Part shown: positions 30,728 through 40,775 of the stretch, piece after piece
Numbering within the stretch: the first letter of the stretch is position 1
Layout: each line of letters opens with the position of its first letter
Virus record (IMG/VR): IMGVR_UViG_2881717282_000001
Location: 1-64,000 of that record
Direction: 5' to 3' (one strand)
DNA: 64,000 bases
DNA from: an uncultured virus (IMG/VR IMGVR_UViG_2881717282_000001)
Taxonomy: Duplodnaviria; Heunggongvirae; Uroviricota; Caudoviricetes
Made by a program: the position numbers and the translations under genes
Notes under the pieces: generated by a model
What the model was told of the DNA's origin: nothing
The model's database searches: none
Seen by the model: the letters and a program-made list of their open reading frames with translations, nothing else

Positions 30728-31978
30728 ATGCAGATTGAAAAGAAAAACGTCTCGCAGCTTCTTCCTGCGGATTACAATCCCCGTAAGGATTTGAAGCCCG
30801 GTGACAAAGAATATGAAAAACTGAAACGCTCCATCGAGCAGTTCGGATATGTGGAGCCGGTCATCTGGAACTCCACCACTTCTCGTGTCGTTGGTGGTCA
30901 CCAGAGATTGAAGGTTCTCATCGATATGGGCATTACCGAGGTGGAATGCGTCATCGTCGAAATGGATGAAGAGAAGGAAAAAGCTCTGAATGTTGCGCTC
31001 AACAAAATCAGCGGTGAATGGGATAACGACAAGTTGGCCCTCCTCATTGCTGACCTGCAGGGTGCAGACTTCGATGTCTCCCTTACCGGTTTTGAGCCAG
31101 AAGAACTGGAGGACCTGTTTAGAGAAGATACAAAGAAAGGTGTTCAGGATGATGACTTCGATGTGGATGCCGAGCTTGCAAAACCTACCTTCTCCAAGGC
31201 TGGTGACCTGTGGCTCCTTGGTGACCACCGTCTGGTCTGTGGCGATTCCACAAAGTCTGAGACCTATGAGCTTCTGATGAATGGTAAGCTGGCAAATCTG
31301 GTCGTGACGGACCCTCCGTACAATGTCAATTACGAAGGAAGCGCCGGTAAGATTAAGAACGACAATATGGAAAACAGTGCCTTCTATCAGTTCCTACTGG
31401 ATGCCTACACTCGCATGTATGAGTCAATGGCGGATGACGCTTCTATCTACGTCTTCCATGCTGACACCGAGGGTCTTAACTTCCGCAGAGCATTTGCTGA
31501 TGCTGGTTTCTACCTTTCTGGCTGCTGCATCTGGAAAAAGCAGTCCCTTGTCCTCGGACGCAGCCCTTATCAGTGGATGCATGAGCCTTGCCTCTTCGGA
31601 TGGAAGAAATCCGGCAAACATCAGTGGTATACCGGACGCAAGGAAACAACCATCTGGGAATTTGATAAGCCCAAGAAGAACGGCGACCATCCGACCATGA
31701 AGCCTATCCCTCTTCTGGCTTATCCGATTATGAATTCCAGCATGACCAATTCTCTGGTCCTTGACCCATTTGGTGGTTCTGGCAGCACGCTTATCGCCTG
31801 TGAACAGACCGGTCGTATCTGCCACACCATCGAGCTGGATGAAAAGTTCTGTGATGTTATCGTCAAGCGCTACATTGAGCAGGTCGGTTCCTCTGCAAAG
31901 GTCTCCGTCATCCGTGATGGCTTGACCTATTCCTATGATGAAATCGCACCGAAAGCTGAGGATGCCACTCTTTTGTAA
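30728..31978 (+). CDS. ParB-like N-terminal domain + N6/N4 DNA methyltransferase
   Basis: YNPR, GGHQR, TDPPY, HPTMKP, LDPFGGSGST. Confidence 0.9.
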   Translation: MQIEKKNVSQLLPADYNPRKDLKPGDKEYEKLKRSIEQFGYVEPVIWNSTTSRVVGGHQRLKVLIDMGITEVECVIVEMDEEKEKALNVALNKISGEWDNDKLALLIADLQGADFDVSLTGFEPEELEDLFREDTKKGVQDDDFDVDAELAKPTFSKAGDLWLLGDHRLVCGDSTKSETYELLMNGKLANLVVTDPPYNVNYEGSAGKIKNDNMENSAFYQFLLDAYTRMYESMADDASIYVFHADTEGLNFRRAFADAGFYLSGCCIWKKQSLVLGRSPYQWMHEPCLFGWKKSGKHQWYTGRKETTIWEFDKPKKNGDHPTMKPIPLLAYPIMNSSMTNSLVLDPFGGSGSTLIACEQTGRICHTIELDEKFCDVIVKRYIEQVGSSAKVSVIRDGLTYSYDEIAPKAEDATLL

Positions 31979-31988
31979 GTAGGTATAG

Positions 31989-32080
31989 TACACAATCCAG
32001 AAGGCACATATTTGTCGATGTTTTTCTTCGATATCGCTTGCTATTATGTGCCTTCAGAGTGATATATGTACTACCAAAAC
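31989..32080 (+). promoter_or_regulatory. Conserved promoter cassette, copy 1
   Basis: TACACA-N18-TGTCGA ... CTTGCTATTATGTGCCTTCAGAGTGATATATGTACTACCAAAA. Confidence 0.75.
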
Positions 32081-32096
32081 AAAGGAGGATACCTAC

Positions 32097-32783
32097 ATGA
32101 ACATCATCTTAAACGTAACCGAAAGAAAGCCGCTGGCAGCCCTGCTTGGCGAGTACAAGAACACCAAACCGAAATACCTGAGAGCCCCTTCCTATGGCTA
32201 CCAGATTGGTGACCTTCTTCTGACACGAGAAGGAAACATCGAAGGCCCGGACACCATGACCAAGGAAGAATTCGACGAGCTTCTGACCCTCTTGGATGCA
32301 GGCGGCTATCGTCCGGAAGAGACAGACTTCCACCCGGCTGAGGAACCGGAAGCTGAAGAAGCTCCTGCAGAAAAGACTGGACTTACCATTACCCTTCCAC
32401 TTGACAAGGTCAAGGTCGGAAACCTCACCAACCTTCTAGATGCCAAAGGCTCCCTCATCAAGCATGCCCTTCACATCGAGGACCTGCGCTTTGAACTGAA
32501 CGAGGACAGCATTTCCTTCCCTTGGTTCAAAGAACTTCCTGAGCCGGATGAGATTCACGCCTACAGCGCACTGATTGCAGCCCTTTGCAAAATGAGCAAG
32601 GAGCAGAAACGAATCAGCGCTACTGCAAAGCCGGTGGACAATGAGCGCTACGCTTTCCGCTGCTTCCTTCTCCGCCTCGGCTTCATTGGTGACGAGTACA
32701 AAACAGACCGCAAAATCCTGATGAGACATCTTCCGGGCAACAGCGCATTCAAAGGAGGTGAAGGCCATGCAATTTCCAAGTAA
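32097..32783 (+). CDS. Conserved prophage accessory protein of unknown function
   Basis: C-terminal NERYAFRCFLLRLGFIGDEYK..RKIL; AAGGAGG RBS. Confidence 0.75.
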   Translation: MNIILNVTERKPLAALLGEYKNTKPKYLRAPSYGYQIGDLLLTREGNIEGPDTMTKEEFDELLTLLDAGGYRPEETDFHPAEEPEAEEAPAEKTGLTITLPLDKVKVGNLTNLLDAKGSLIKHALHIEDLRFELNEDSISFPWFKELPEPDEIHAYSALIAALCKMSKEQKRISATAKPVDNERYAFRCFLLRLGFIGDEYKTDRKILMRHLPGNSAFKGGEGHAISK

Positions 32784-32997
32784 GGAACAGGTGGCCCGTC
32801 AGCGCCGCCTTTACCCAGCAGGCACCCGTGTGGAGCTGGTCCAGATGGACGACGCACAGGCCCCACCAGTGGGCACACGAGGCACCGTCATTGGTGTCGA
32901 CGATACCGGAAGCATCATGGTAGCTTGGGACAACGGCTCCGGACTCAACGTCATTTACGGCGTTGACCACTGCAAAAAGGTTCCAATCGACGACTAA
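32767..32997 (+). CDS. DUF4314-like small protein
   Basis: YPAGTRVELVQMDD, GTVIGVDDTG, WDNGSGL. Confidence 0.8.
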   Translation: MQFPSKEQVARQRRLYPAGTRVELVQMDDAQAPPVGTRGTVIGVDDTGSIMVAWDNGSGLNVIYGVDHCKKVPIDD

Positions 32998-32999
32998 AA

Positions 33000-33092
33000 T
33001 ACACAGATTTTCCTACGGATATTTGTGTACTATATGGCTCGAATTGACTTGCTATTATGTGCCTTTAGAGTGATATATAGTACTACCAAAAG
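33000..33092 (+). promoter_or_regulatory. Conserved promoter cassette, copy 2
   Basis: TACACA-N18-TGTGTA ... CTTGCTATTATGTGCCTTTAGAGTGATATATAGTACTACCAAAAG. Confidence 0.8.
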
Positions 33093-33121
33093 GGAAAACA
33101 CATTTTTAGGAGGAACCTACC

Positions 33122-33484
33122 ATGAAAGAAATCAGAACATTTGAAGAAGCCATCGAGCAGAATGCAAGAAGCCTGAAGGAACTCGGAATCAACGGAACCT
33201 TATTCTGGGCTTACAGAACCAGCAAGGAAACCGGAAACGAGCTCATCGACTTCAACGAGGTCATTTGGGATTACGACATCGAAGAAATCGCCCAGACCTT
33301 GAGAGCCAACGACATCACCGAATTCACCATCAGCTCCACCTTCTCAAGCCTCATCGAAACCCTCGCAGCCTTCGAAAAGCAAGGAATCAGCATGGCAGGC
33401 CTTACCACGGTAAAGGCACGCTACACTGATTGGAAGACCGGCGAACATGCCCTCATCCCTGCAATTAAGATGACGGTAAAATAA
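33122..33484 (+). CDS. Small acidic hypothetical protein
   Basis: Own promoter and AGGAGG RBS. Confidence 0.75.
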   Translation: MKEIRTFEEAIEQNARSLKELGINGTLFWAYRTSKETGNELIDFNEVIWDYDIEEIAQTLRANDITEFTISSTFSSLIETLAAFEKQGISMAGLTTVKARYTDWKTGEHALIPAIKMTVK

Positions 33485-33539
33485 CAACGCCTTCTGCCGA
33501 AGGAAGCAGATCTCAGGACCTGTTTTCCTCGTTATAAAT

Positions 33540-33632
33540 TACACAGTTTTTCCCTCAGATATTTGTGTACTATATGCCCCAAATTAGCTTGCTATTATGT
33601 GCTTTTAGAGTGATATATAGTACTACCAAAAG
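33540..33632 (+). promoter_or_regulatory. Conserved promoter cassette, copy 3
   Basis: Near-identical to copy 2, 540 bp downstream. Confidence 0.8.
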
Positions 33633-33660
33633 GAAAGAAACACACAAGGAGGACAAACAT

Positions 33661-33903
33661 ATGTGGAAAGAAGGAATCATCGGAATCCCAACAAAGGACG
33701 GAGAATACAAGAAGGTTAAATACTGGGTCAAGCACTTTGATGAGCCAAGCGAAGACTACGGCATCAACGGCGGTAAGATTTCCAAGCTCAGCCTGAAGAT
33801 GGACGGCGAGTGGATTGCCAACTACGACAGAGGTTGGGACGTTAAACCAACCTGCAAAGAAGCAGAAATGGCGCTTTGCATTCTTCTGAACGAACACAAC
33901 TAA
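33661..33903 (+). CDS. Small hypothetical protein
   Basis: MWKEG..YGINGGKISKL..NYDRGWD; AAGGAGG RBS. Confidence 0.75.
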   Translation: MWKEGIIGIPTKDGEYKKVKYWVKHFDEPSEDYGINGGKISKLSLKMDGEWIANYDRGWDVKPTCKEAEMALCILLNEHN

Positions 33904-34011
33904 CCACCTGAAAAGAATATCAGGCAGGACGGTCCCGGATGGGGCTGTTCCTCGTTATAGACGTCGCCACCGGGCGGCTATTTTTATTTCTGCGAAAGGA
34001 GGCGCATACAT

Positions 34012-35613
34012 TTGCGTAAACTTGAAAACTACACACCGACACGCTTCATGGCTGCGGACTCCACCTATAGTAAACAGATGGCGGATTACGCAGTCAATTT
34101 TATTGAGTGTCTCTGCCATACCAAAGGCACGTGGGCCGGTAAGCCCTTTGAGCTCATCGACTGGCAGGAACAGATTATCAGAGATATCTTCGGAACCTTA
34201 AAGCCAAATGGCTATCGCCAGTTCAATACTGCCTATGTAGAAATTCCTAAGAAAATGGGAAAGTCCGAGCTTGCTGCTGCCGTCGCCCTGCTTCTTACCT
34301 GTGGTGATGGTGAAGAACGAGCTGAGGTTTATGGCTGTGCAGCTGACCGCCAGCAGGCAACTATCGTTTTTGATGTAGCTGCCGATATGGTGCGTATGTG
34401 TCCTGCACTGAATAGACGAGTAAAAATCCTCGCTTCCCAGAAGCGTATCGTCTACCAACCGACCAACAGCTTCTATCAGGTACTATCTGCAGAAGCCTAC
34501 TCCAAGCACGGTTTTAATATTCACGGAGTTGTTTTTGATGAGCTGCACACTCAGCCGAATCGAAAGCTCTTTGATGTTATGACCAAGGGCTCCGGAGATG
34601 CCAGAACACAGCCTCTCTACTTCCTTATCACGACAGCCGGAACAGATACCAACAGCATCTGCTATGAAACGCACCAGAAAGCTAAGGATATCCTAGAAGG
34701 CAGAAAGATTGACCCGACCTTCTATCCTGTCATCTACGGTGCCGATGAAACCGATGACTGGACGGACCCAGAGGTCTGGAAGAAAGCCAATCCTTCTCTT
34801 GGTATCACAGTCGGTATCGATAAAGTCGAAGCTGCCTGTGAATCTGCCAAGCAGAATCCCGGTGAGGAGAATTCCTTTAGGCAGCTTAGGCTCAATCAAT
34901 GGGTCAAGCAGGCTGTCCGCTGGATGCCGATGGAGAAATGGGATGCTTGCTCCTTCAAGGTTGATGAAGAATCCTTGGAGGGCCGTGTCTGCTATGGTGG
35001 TCTGGACCTATCTTCCACAACGGATATTACTGCCTTTGTGCTGGTCTTCCCTCCGGTGGATGAGGATGATAAGTTCTGCATCCTTCCGTACTTTTGGATA
35101 CCGGAAGATACGCTGGAGCTTCGAGTCCGACGAGACCACGTTCCTTACGATGTCTGGGAACGACAAGGCTTTCTGGAGACCACCGAAGGAAATGTCGTCC
35201 ACTATGGTTATATCGAGAAATTCATCGAGCGACTTGGAGAACGCTTCAATATTAGAGAGATAGCCTTTGACCGCTGGGGAGCTGTCCAGATGGTACAGAA
35301 CCTTGAGGGCATGGGCTTTACCGTTGTTCCTTTCGGTCAGGGATTTAAGGATATGTCCCCACCGACCAAGGAGCTCATGAAACTGACACTGGAACAAAAG
35401 CTGGCCCACGGTGGTCATCCGGTGCTCCGCTGGATGATGGATAACATCTATATCCGTACTGACCCGGCTGGCAATGTAAAAGCCGACAAAGAAAAATCCA
35501 CAGAGAAAATCGACGGTGCTGTCGCTACTATCATGGGACTTGACCGTGCTATCCGCTGTGGAAATAATACCGGTGCTTCTGTCTACGATGACAGAGGCAT
35601 TTTGTTTATCTGA
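34012..35613 (+). CDS. terL: Terminase large subunit
   Basis: LIDWQ, PKKMGKS, VFDELH, ITTAG, GLDLS, KIDGAVA. Confidence 0.95.
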   Translation: MRKLENYTPTRFMAADSTYSKQMADYAVNFIECLCHTKGTWAGKPFELIDWQEQIIRDIFGTLKPNGYRQFNTAYVEIPKKMGKSELAAAVALLLTCGDGEERAEVYGCAADRQQATIVFDVAADMVRMCPALNRRVKILASQKRIVYQPTNSFYQVLSAEAYSKHGFNIHGVVFDELHTQPNRKLFDVMTKGSGDARTQPLYFLITTAGTDTNSICYETHQKAKDILEGRKIDPTFYPVIYGADETDDWTDPEVWKKANPSLGITVGIDKVEAACESAKQNPGEENSFRQLRLNQWVKQAVRWMPMEKWDACSFKVDEESLEGRVCYGGLDLSSTTDITAFVLVFPPVDEDDKFCILPYFWIPEDTLELRVRRDHVPYDVWERQGFLETTEGNVVHYGYIEKFIERLGERFNIREIAFDRWGAVQMVQNLEGMGFTVVPFGQGFKDMSPPTKELMKLTLEQKLAHGGHPVLRWMMDNIYIRTDPAGNVKADKEKSTEKIDGAVATIMGLDRAIRCGNNTGASVYDDRGILFI

Positions 35614-35629
35614 AAGGAAGTGATGACCT

Positions 35630-37000
35630 ATGGGATTCTTATCAGGACTGTTTCATTCCAGAGACAAGCCCACCAATAGCACCAATGGTAGCGCCTACCG
35701 TTTTCTCTTTGGTGGCAGCAGCTCTGGCAAATCCGTCAATGAACGAAGCGCTATGCAGATGACTGCAGTCTATGCCTGCGTCAGGATTCTCTCCGAGTCC
35801 ATCGCTGGCCTGCCAGTCCATGTGTATCAATACACCGGCACCGGTGGCAAAGAAAAAGCTATCAAGCATCCACTGTATCGACTGATTCACGATGAGCCAA
35901 ATCCGGAAATGACCTCCTTTGTCTTCCGAGAGACCTTGATGACACACCTGCTCCTTTACGGAAATGCCTATGCGCAGATTATCCGAAATGGCAAAGGTGA
36001 AGTCGTCGCTCTCTATCCGCTGATGGCCAACCGAATGAGCGTAGACCGTGACGATAAAGGTCACCTCTACTACCAATATCAGATGCAGGACTCCGATGCA
36101 CCTACCATGAAAAATGGAACGGTCATCCTAAAGCCGTCGGATGTGCTCCATGTTCCGGGCCTCGGCTTTGATGGTCTGGTCGGTTACTCTCCCATCGCTA
36201 TGGCGAAGAACGCTATCGGTCTTGCTATCGCCACGGAGGAATATGGTGCTAAGTTCTTTGCAAACGGAGCCACACCGGGAGGCATTTTGGAGTATCCCGG
36301 TACCGTTAAAAATCCGGAAGCTGTCAGAGAAAGCTGGACCAAAGGCTTCTCTGGAAACAACTCTCATAAAGTGGCAGTTTTGGAAGAAGGCATGAAATAT
36401 ACTCCTATCTCCATCTCCCCGAATGAAGCACAGTTTTTGGAGACCAGAAAATTTCAGATTGATGAAATAGCTCGAATCTTTAGAGTGCCGCCCCACATGG
36501 TCGGTGACCTAGAGAAATCGAGCTTTTCTAATATTGAGCAGCAATCTCTCGAATTTGTGAAGTACACCTTGGAACCTTGGATTGTCCGTTGGGAACAGTC
36601 CATTAACCGTGCCCTTCTATCTGAATCTGAGAAGGCTGCTTATTTTGTAAAGTTCAATGTCGACGGCCTCTTACGTGGCGATTACCAAAGCCGTATGAAC
36701 GGTTACGCCACTGCAAGGCAGAACGGCTGGATGTCCGCAAATGATATCCGTGAACTTGAAAACCTAGACCTCATCCCACCGGAACTTGGTGGTGACTTAT
36801 ATCTCATCAACGGAAACATGACCAAGCTGGAGGATGCAGGAATATTCGCAGCGACCACTGCTGCTGGAAAGGAGGACGAGAACGATGAAGAAGTTCTGGA
36901 AGTGGAAGAATCAGACGGTGACCAATCAGGAGACGCAGGAGCAGACACTGGAGAGGACGCTGTTTCTAAACGGCACCATCGCAGAGGAAAGCTGGTTTGA
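35630..37000 (+). CDS. HK97-family portal protein
   Basis: AVYACVRILSESIAGLP, GYSPI, IARIFRVPP, SNIEQQ, NDIRELENL. Confidence 0.95.
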   Translation: MGFLSGLFHSRDKPTNSTNGSAYRFLFGGSSSGKSVNERSAMQMTAVYACVRILSESIAGLPVHVYQYTGTGGKEKAIKHPLYRLIHDEPNPEMTSFVFRETLMTHLLLYGNAYAQIIRNGKGEVVALYPLMANRMSVDRDDKGHLYYQYQMQDSDAPTMKNGTVILKPSDVLHVPGLGFDGLVGYSPIAMAKNAIGLAIATEEYGAKFFANGATPGGILEYPGTVKNPEAVRESWTKGFSGNNSHKVAVLEEGMKYTPISISPNEAQFLETRKFQIDEIARIFRVPPHMVGDLEKSSFSNIEQQSLEFVKYTLEPWIVRWEQSINRALLSESEKAAYFVKFNVDGLLRGDYQSRMNGYATARQNGWMSANDIRELENLDLIPPELGGDLYLINGNMTKLEDAGIFAATTAAGKEDENDEEVLEVEESDGDQSGDAGADTGEDAVSKRHHRRGKLV

Positions 37001-37628
37001 CGATGATGTCACACCTAAGCTCTTTCGAGATGAGCTGTTTGCCGGAAACGGAGACATCACCATTTGGATTAACTCTCCGGGAGGAGATTGTGTGGCCGCA
37101 GCCCAGATTTACAACATGATGATGGAATATCCCGGCAATGTCACCGTAAAGATTGATGGCATCGCAGCCTCTGCTGCATCCGTCATCGCTATGGCAGGCA
37201 CGAAGGTGCTGGTATCTCCGGTATCCATGCTCATGATTCATAACCCGATGACGGCTGCTATGGGCGACACTACTGAGATGCAGAAGGCTATCGCCATGCT
37301 GGATGAAGTCAAGGAATCCATCATCAATGCCTACGAAATCAAGACTGGTATGAGTCGTGCCAAGCTCTCCCATCTCATGGATGCAGAGACTTGGATGGAT
37401 GCACATACGGCCATTGATATGGGCTTTGCGGATGAAATCCTGACAAGACCAGCAGAAACACCGGTAGAAAATAACGCTACTGGTCCGATGCTCTTCTCCC
37501 GTGCAGCTGTGACCAACTCCCTTATGGATAAGCTGGCTGCCAAATGCCGTATCAAGAAACCCGAAACACCGGAACGCTCCGTAGATACACTCATGGAGCG
37601 TCTTGACCTAATCAAACAACACATTTAA
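36885..37628 (+). CDS. ClpP-type head maturation protease
   Basis: INSPGG, GIAASAASVIAMAG, MIHNP, ETW; ATG 36885 with AAGGAGG, overlapping the portal 3' end. Confidence 0.92.
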   Translation: MKKFWKWKNQTVTNQETQEQTLERTLFLNGTIAEESWFDDDVTPKLFRDELFAGNGDITIWINSPGGDCVAAAQIYNMMMEYPGNVTVKIDGIAASAASVIAMAGTKVLVSPVSMLMIHNPMTAAMGDTTEMQKAIAMLDEVKESIINAYEIKTGMSRAKLSHLMDAETWMDAHTAIDMGFADEILTRPAETPVENNATGPMLFSRAAVTNSLMDKLAAKCRIKKPETPERSVDTLMERLDLIKQHI

Positions 37629-37643
37629 TGGAGGTATTCGATT

Positions 37644-38822
37644 ATGACTATTTTAGAACTGCGTGAAAAGCGCAACACTGCATGGAATGCTGCAAAGGCA
37701 TTTCTTGATTCTCACCGTACCGAGAAAGGTACTCTTACTGCCGAGGACGATGCGACCTACTCCAGAATGGAACAGGAAATCGCTGACCTTGGCAAGGAAA
37801 TCGCTCGTCTTGAAAGACAGGAAGCACTGGAGGCAGAGCTCAATAAGCCGGTAAACAAGCCTCTCACTTCTAAGCCTGTTACTGCTGCTGAAAAGCCTGC
37901 AAAGACCGGTCGTGCTTCTGATGAATATAAGACTGGCATGCTTCAGGCACTTCGTACCAACTTCCGTCAGGTATCTAATATCCTGCAGGAAGGTGTCGAT
38001 GCCGATGGCGGCTACCTTGTTCCGGAGGAATATGACCATCGTCTTATCGATGTTCTGAATGAAGAGAACATCATGCGTAAGCTGGGCCATAAGATTACCA
38101 CTTCCGGCGAGCACAAAATCAATATTGCGGCGACCAAGCCTGCTGCAGCATGGATTGAGGAAGGCGGCGCACTTCAGTTTACGGATGCGACCTTCGACCA
38201 GATTTTGCTGGATGCCCACAAGCTCCATGTCGCTATCAAGGTAACCGAGGAACTGTTGTATGATAACGCCTTCGGTCTTGAGAATTACATCATCGACCAG
38301 TTTGGTAAGGCTCTGGCCAATGCCGAGGAGGATGCCTTCCTCAATGGTACTGGTAAAGGTCAGCCTCTTGGCCTTTTCGCTGAGACTGGTGGCGGTACCC
38401 TTGCTAAGACCGTAGCTACTCCGAAGCCGGAGGATGTCATCGACCTCATCTATGCACTGAAGCGCCCTTACAGAAAGAACGCATCCTTCATCATGAACGA
38501 TGCAGCTGTTGCAGCTATCCGTTCCTTCAAGGACAACAACGGTGCTTTCATGTGGCAGCCTTCCTGCGTTGCCGGTGAGCCGGACAAGCTCATGGGCTAT
38601 GACATCTATACGTCTCCGTTCTGCCCTGCAAACATGATGGCCTTCGGTGATTACAACTACTACAACATCGGTGACCGTGGTACCCGTTCCTTCAAGCAGC
38701 TCACTGAGCTCTTCGCAGGTAACGGTATGATTGGCTTCGTGGCCAAGGAGCGTGTCGATGGTAAGCTCATCCTTCCGGAGGCTGTTCAGATTCTGAAGGT
38801 TACTGGTTCTTCTAAGGGCTAA
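37644..38822 (+). CDS. HK97-fold major capsid protein
   Basis: Coiled delta domain, DGGYLVPEE, AFLNGTG..QPLG, FGDY, RVDGK. Confidence 0.93.
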   Translation: MTILELREKRNTAWNAAKAFLDSHRTEKGTLTAEDDATYSRMEQEIADLGKEIARLERQEALEAELNKPVNKPLTSKPVTAAEKPAKTGRASDEYKTGMLQALRTNFRQVSNILQEGVDADGGYLVPEEYDHRLIDVLNEENIMRKLGHKITTSGEHKINIAATKPAAAWIEEGGALQFTDATFDQILLDAHKLHVAIKVTEELLYDNAFGLENYIIDQFGKALANAEEDAFLNGTGKGQPLGLFAETGGGTLAKTVATPKPEDVIDLIYALKRPYRKNASFIMNDAAVAAIRSFKDNNGAFMWQPSCVAGEPDKLMGYDIYTSPFCPANMMAFGDYNYYNIGDRGTRSFKQLTELFAGNGMIGFVAKERVDGKLILPEAVQILKVTGSSKG

Positions 38823-38883
38823 GGATAAAGGTGGCGTCATCTCCGGGTGGCGCTGCCTCATTTTATGATTGGAGGCGATAACG

Positions 38884-39156
38884 ATGATTGTCACTTTAGA
38901 AGAAATGAAACAGTATCTCCGAGTGGACTTTGACGATGACGATTCCCTCATCGAAACGCTCATCACATCGGCTACACGCCTCTGCATGGATATCACAAGG
39001 CAAGATGAAGATGCCTTTGAAGAAAGCGAAAACGCAAAGCCCGCAGTCTATTATGCTGTGGCCTATCTCTACGAGCACCGTGAGGAAGCAGACCATCATG
39101 CTCTGACACTGACTTTGCGCTCTCTTCTCTTCGGTTCCAGAAAGGAGGCCTTCTGA
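38884..39156 (+). CDS. Head-tail connector (gp6-like)
   Basis: TLEEMKQYLRVD..DDD.LI, LYEHRE. Confidence 0.85.
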   Translation: MIVTLEEMKQYLRVDFDDDDSLIETLITSATRLCMDITRQDEDAFEESENAKPAVYYAVAYLYEHREEADHHALTLTLRSLLFGSRKEAF

Positions 39157-39488
39157 TGAATATCGAGCTACTCAATGTCCGTATCTTCATCCAGAAGAAT
39201 GAGGTCATCTCGGATGCCATCGGAAATCGAAAGAACGCTTGGAAAGACTACTACACCTGCTATGCCACTGTTAGTGCGGAAGCCGGAAAGGAATCCACTG
39301 ATGCCGGTCTTGTGGTCGATGATTCTAAGATTGATTTCACTATCCGCTACTGTAAGAAAGCTGCAGCCCTCACCTCTACTGGTTACCGGGTGCAATTTGG
39401 AAGCGAGTTATACGACATCTTGGCTGTAGACCACATGAATTTCAAGAGGAAATGCATCAAGCTCTCCTGCCAGAAAGTGAGGCGATGA
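39156..39488 (+). CDS. Head closure / head-tail adaptor
   Basis: DAIGN, FTIRY, YDI; synteny. Confidence 0.8.
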   Translation: MNIELLNVRIFIQKNEVISDAIGNRKNAWKDYYTCYATVSAEAGKESTDAGLVVDDSKIDFTIRYCKKAAALTSTGYRVQFGSELYDILAVDHMNFKRKCIKLSCQKVRR

Positions 39489-39489
39489 C

Positions 39490-39873
39490 ATGGCCCAGAA
39501 AGTTAAGATTGATGGCCTTGCTGATGCCGTTATGAAGGAACTGACCGAATATGCAGACCTCGCCACAGTAGATATGAAGGCCGCTGTCAAAAAAGCCGGT
39601 AATACGGTAAAGAAGCAAATCCAAGGTTCTGCTCCAAAAGACACCGGTGCCTACAGCAAGAGCTGGTCTGTGAAGAACACCAAGGAAACCTCCAAATCGC
39701 TGGAGGTCACGGTGTATTCCAGAAATCGCTATCAGTTAGCCCACCTTCTGGAATTTGGTCATGCCAAGCGTGGCGGTGGTCGTGTGGCTGGTCGTTCCCA
39801 TATCGCTCCTGCAGAGGAAGCTGGTATTAAAGAACTGGAATCTGAAATTGAGAGGTGTCTGAAGAATGGATAG
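39490..39873 (+). CDS. HK97 gp10-like tail component
   Basis: APKDTG, AHLLEFGH. Confidence 0.8.
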   Translation: MAQKVKIDGLADAVMKELTEYADLATVDMKAAVKKAGNTVKKQIQGSAPKDTGAYSKSWSVKNTKETSKSLEVTVYSRNRYQLAHLLEFGHAKRGGGRVAGRSHIAPAEEAGIKELESEIERCLKNG

Positions 39874-40183
39874 ATTACTGCAAATCCTATCGGAGATGGC
39901 CCTGCCCTTTGCCTATGACCACTTTGCTGAGGGCGAATCGCCAAATCCACCCTTCATCTGCTACCTGCTTCCGGGAAGCGATAACTTCTCCGCAGATGGC
40001 CGTGTCTACTACAAAGTAAGTGAGGTCCATATCGAGCTCTACTGTGATAGTAAGGACCCAGCATTGGAAGCAACACTGGAAGCTGTGCTTGATGAGCACG
40101 GCATTTTTTATAATAAAACAGAGGTCTGGATTGAGAGCGAGAAGCTCTATGAAGTCCTCTACACATTTGAAATGGAGGTTTAA
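39866..40183 (+). CDS. Putative tail completion protein
   Basis: Synteny between gp10-like gene and major tail protein. Confidence 0.65.
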   Translation: MDRLLQILSEMALPFAYDHFAEGESPNPPFICYLLPGSDNFSADGRVYYKVSEVHIELYCDSKDPALEATLEAVLDEHGIFYNKTEVWIESEKLYEVLYTFEMEV

Positions 40184-40188
40184 TCAAC

Positions 40189-40761
40189 ATGGGTAATAAA
40201 GTCAAATATAACCTGAAAAATGTTCATGCCGCCAAGCTCACTCGTGGCGAGGACGGCTCCTTTACCTACGCAAAGCCGAAAGCTATCCCCGGCGCAGTCA
40301 GCATCAGCTTGGATGCCGAGGGTGATAGCTCTCCGTTCTATGCTGACGGTATTGTATATTTCCGTTCCACTGCAAACAACGGTTACAGCGGTGATTTGGA
40401 AATCGCACTCATTCCTGAATGGTTCCGTACAGAAATCTTGAAGGAAGAACTGGACAACAATGGCGTGCTTATTGAGAACGCAAACATCACCGAGCTTGAG
40501 AAGTTTGCTTTGCTCTTCGAGTTTGATGGCGATGTCAGAAGCATCCGTCATGTGCTCTATAACTGCACTTCCTCTCGTCCGTCCATCGAGTCTGAGACCA
40601 AGGAAGATACCATCGAACCGGGTAAGGAGAAGCTCACGCTTACTGCTGACCCTAGAGAAGATGGTCTTGTAAAGAGCCGCACCGGTGATGAGACTGACGC
40701 AGAAACCTATAAGAATTGGTATCAGCAGGTCTATGTGCCGGTACCTAAGACAGAAGGATAA
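40189..40761 (+). CDS. Major tail protein (phi13 family)
   Basis: LKNVH, PGAVSISL, FYADG, FALLFEFDGD, RPS. Confidence 0.85.
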   Translation: MGNKVKYNLKNVHAAKLTRGEDGSFTYAKPKAIPGAVSISLDAEGDSSPFYADGIVYFRSTANNGYSGDLEIALIPEWFRTEILKEELDNNGVLIENANITELEKFALLFEFDGDVRSIRHVLYNCTSSRPSIESETKEDTIEPGKEKLTLTADPREDGLVKSRTGDETDAETYKNWYQQVYVPVPKTEG

Positions 40762-40775
40762 GGAGGACGCAAGAC

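Noticed and set aside
36885..37000. 116-bp overlap of portal and protease genes
   Set aside because: The portal tail is low-complexity read-through; no sign of a special mechanism
37653..38996. 447-aa antisense ORF over the capsid gene
   Set aside because: Shadow of a codon-biased gene; no recognisable motifs
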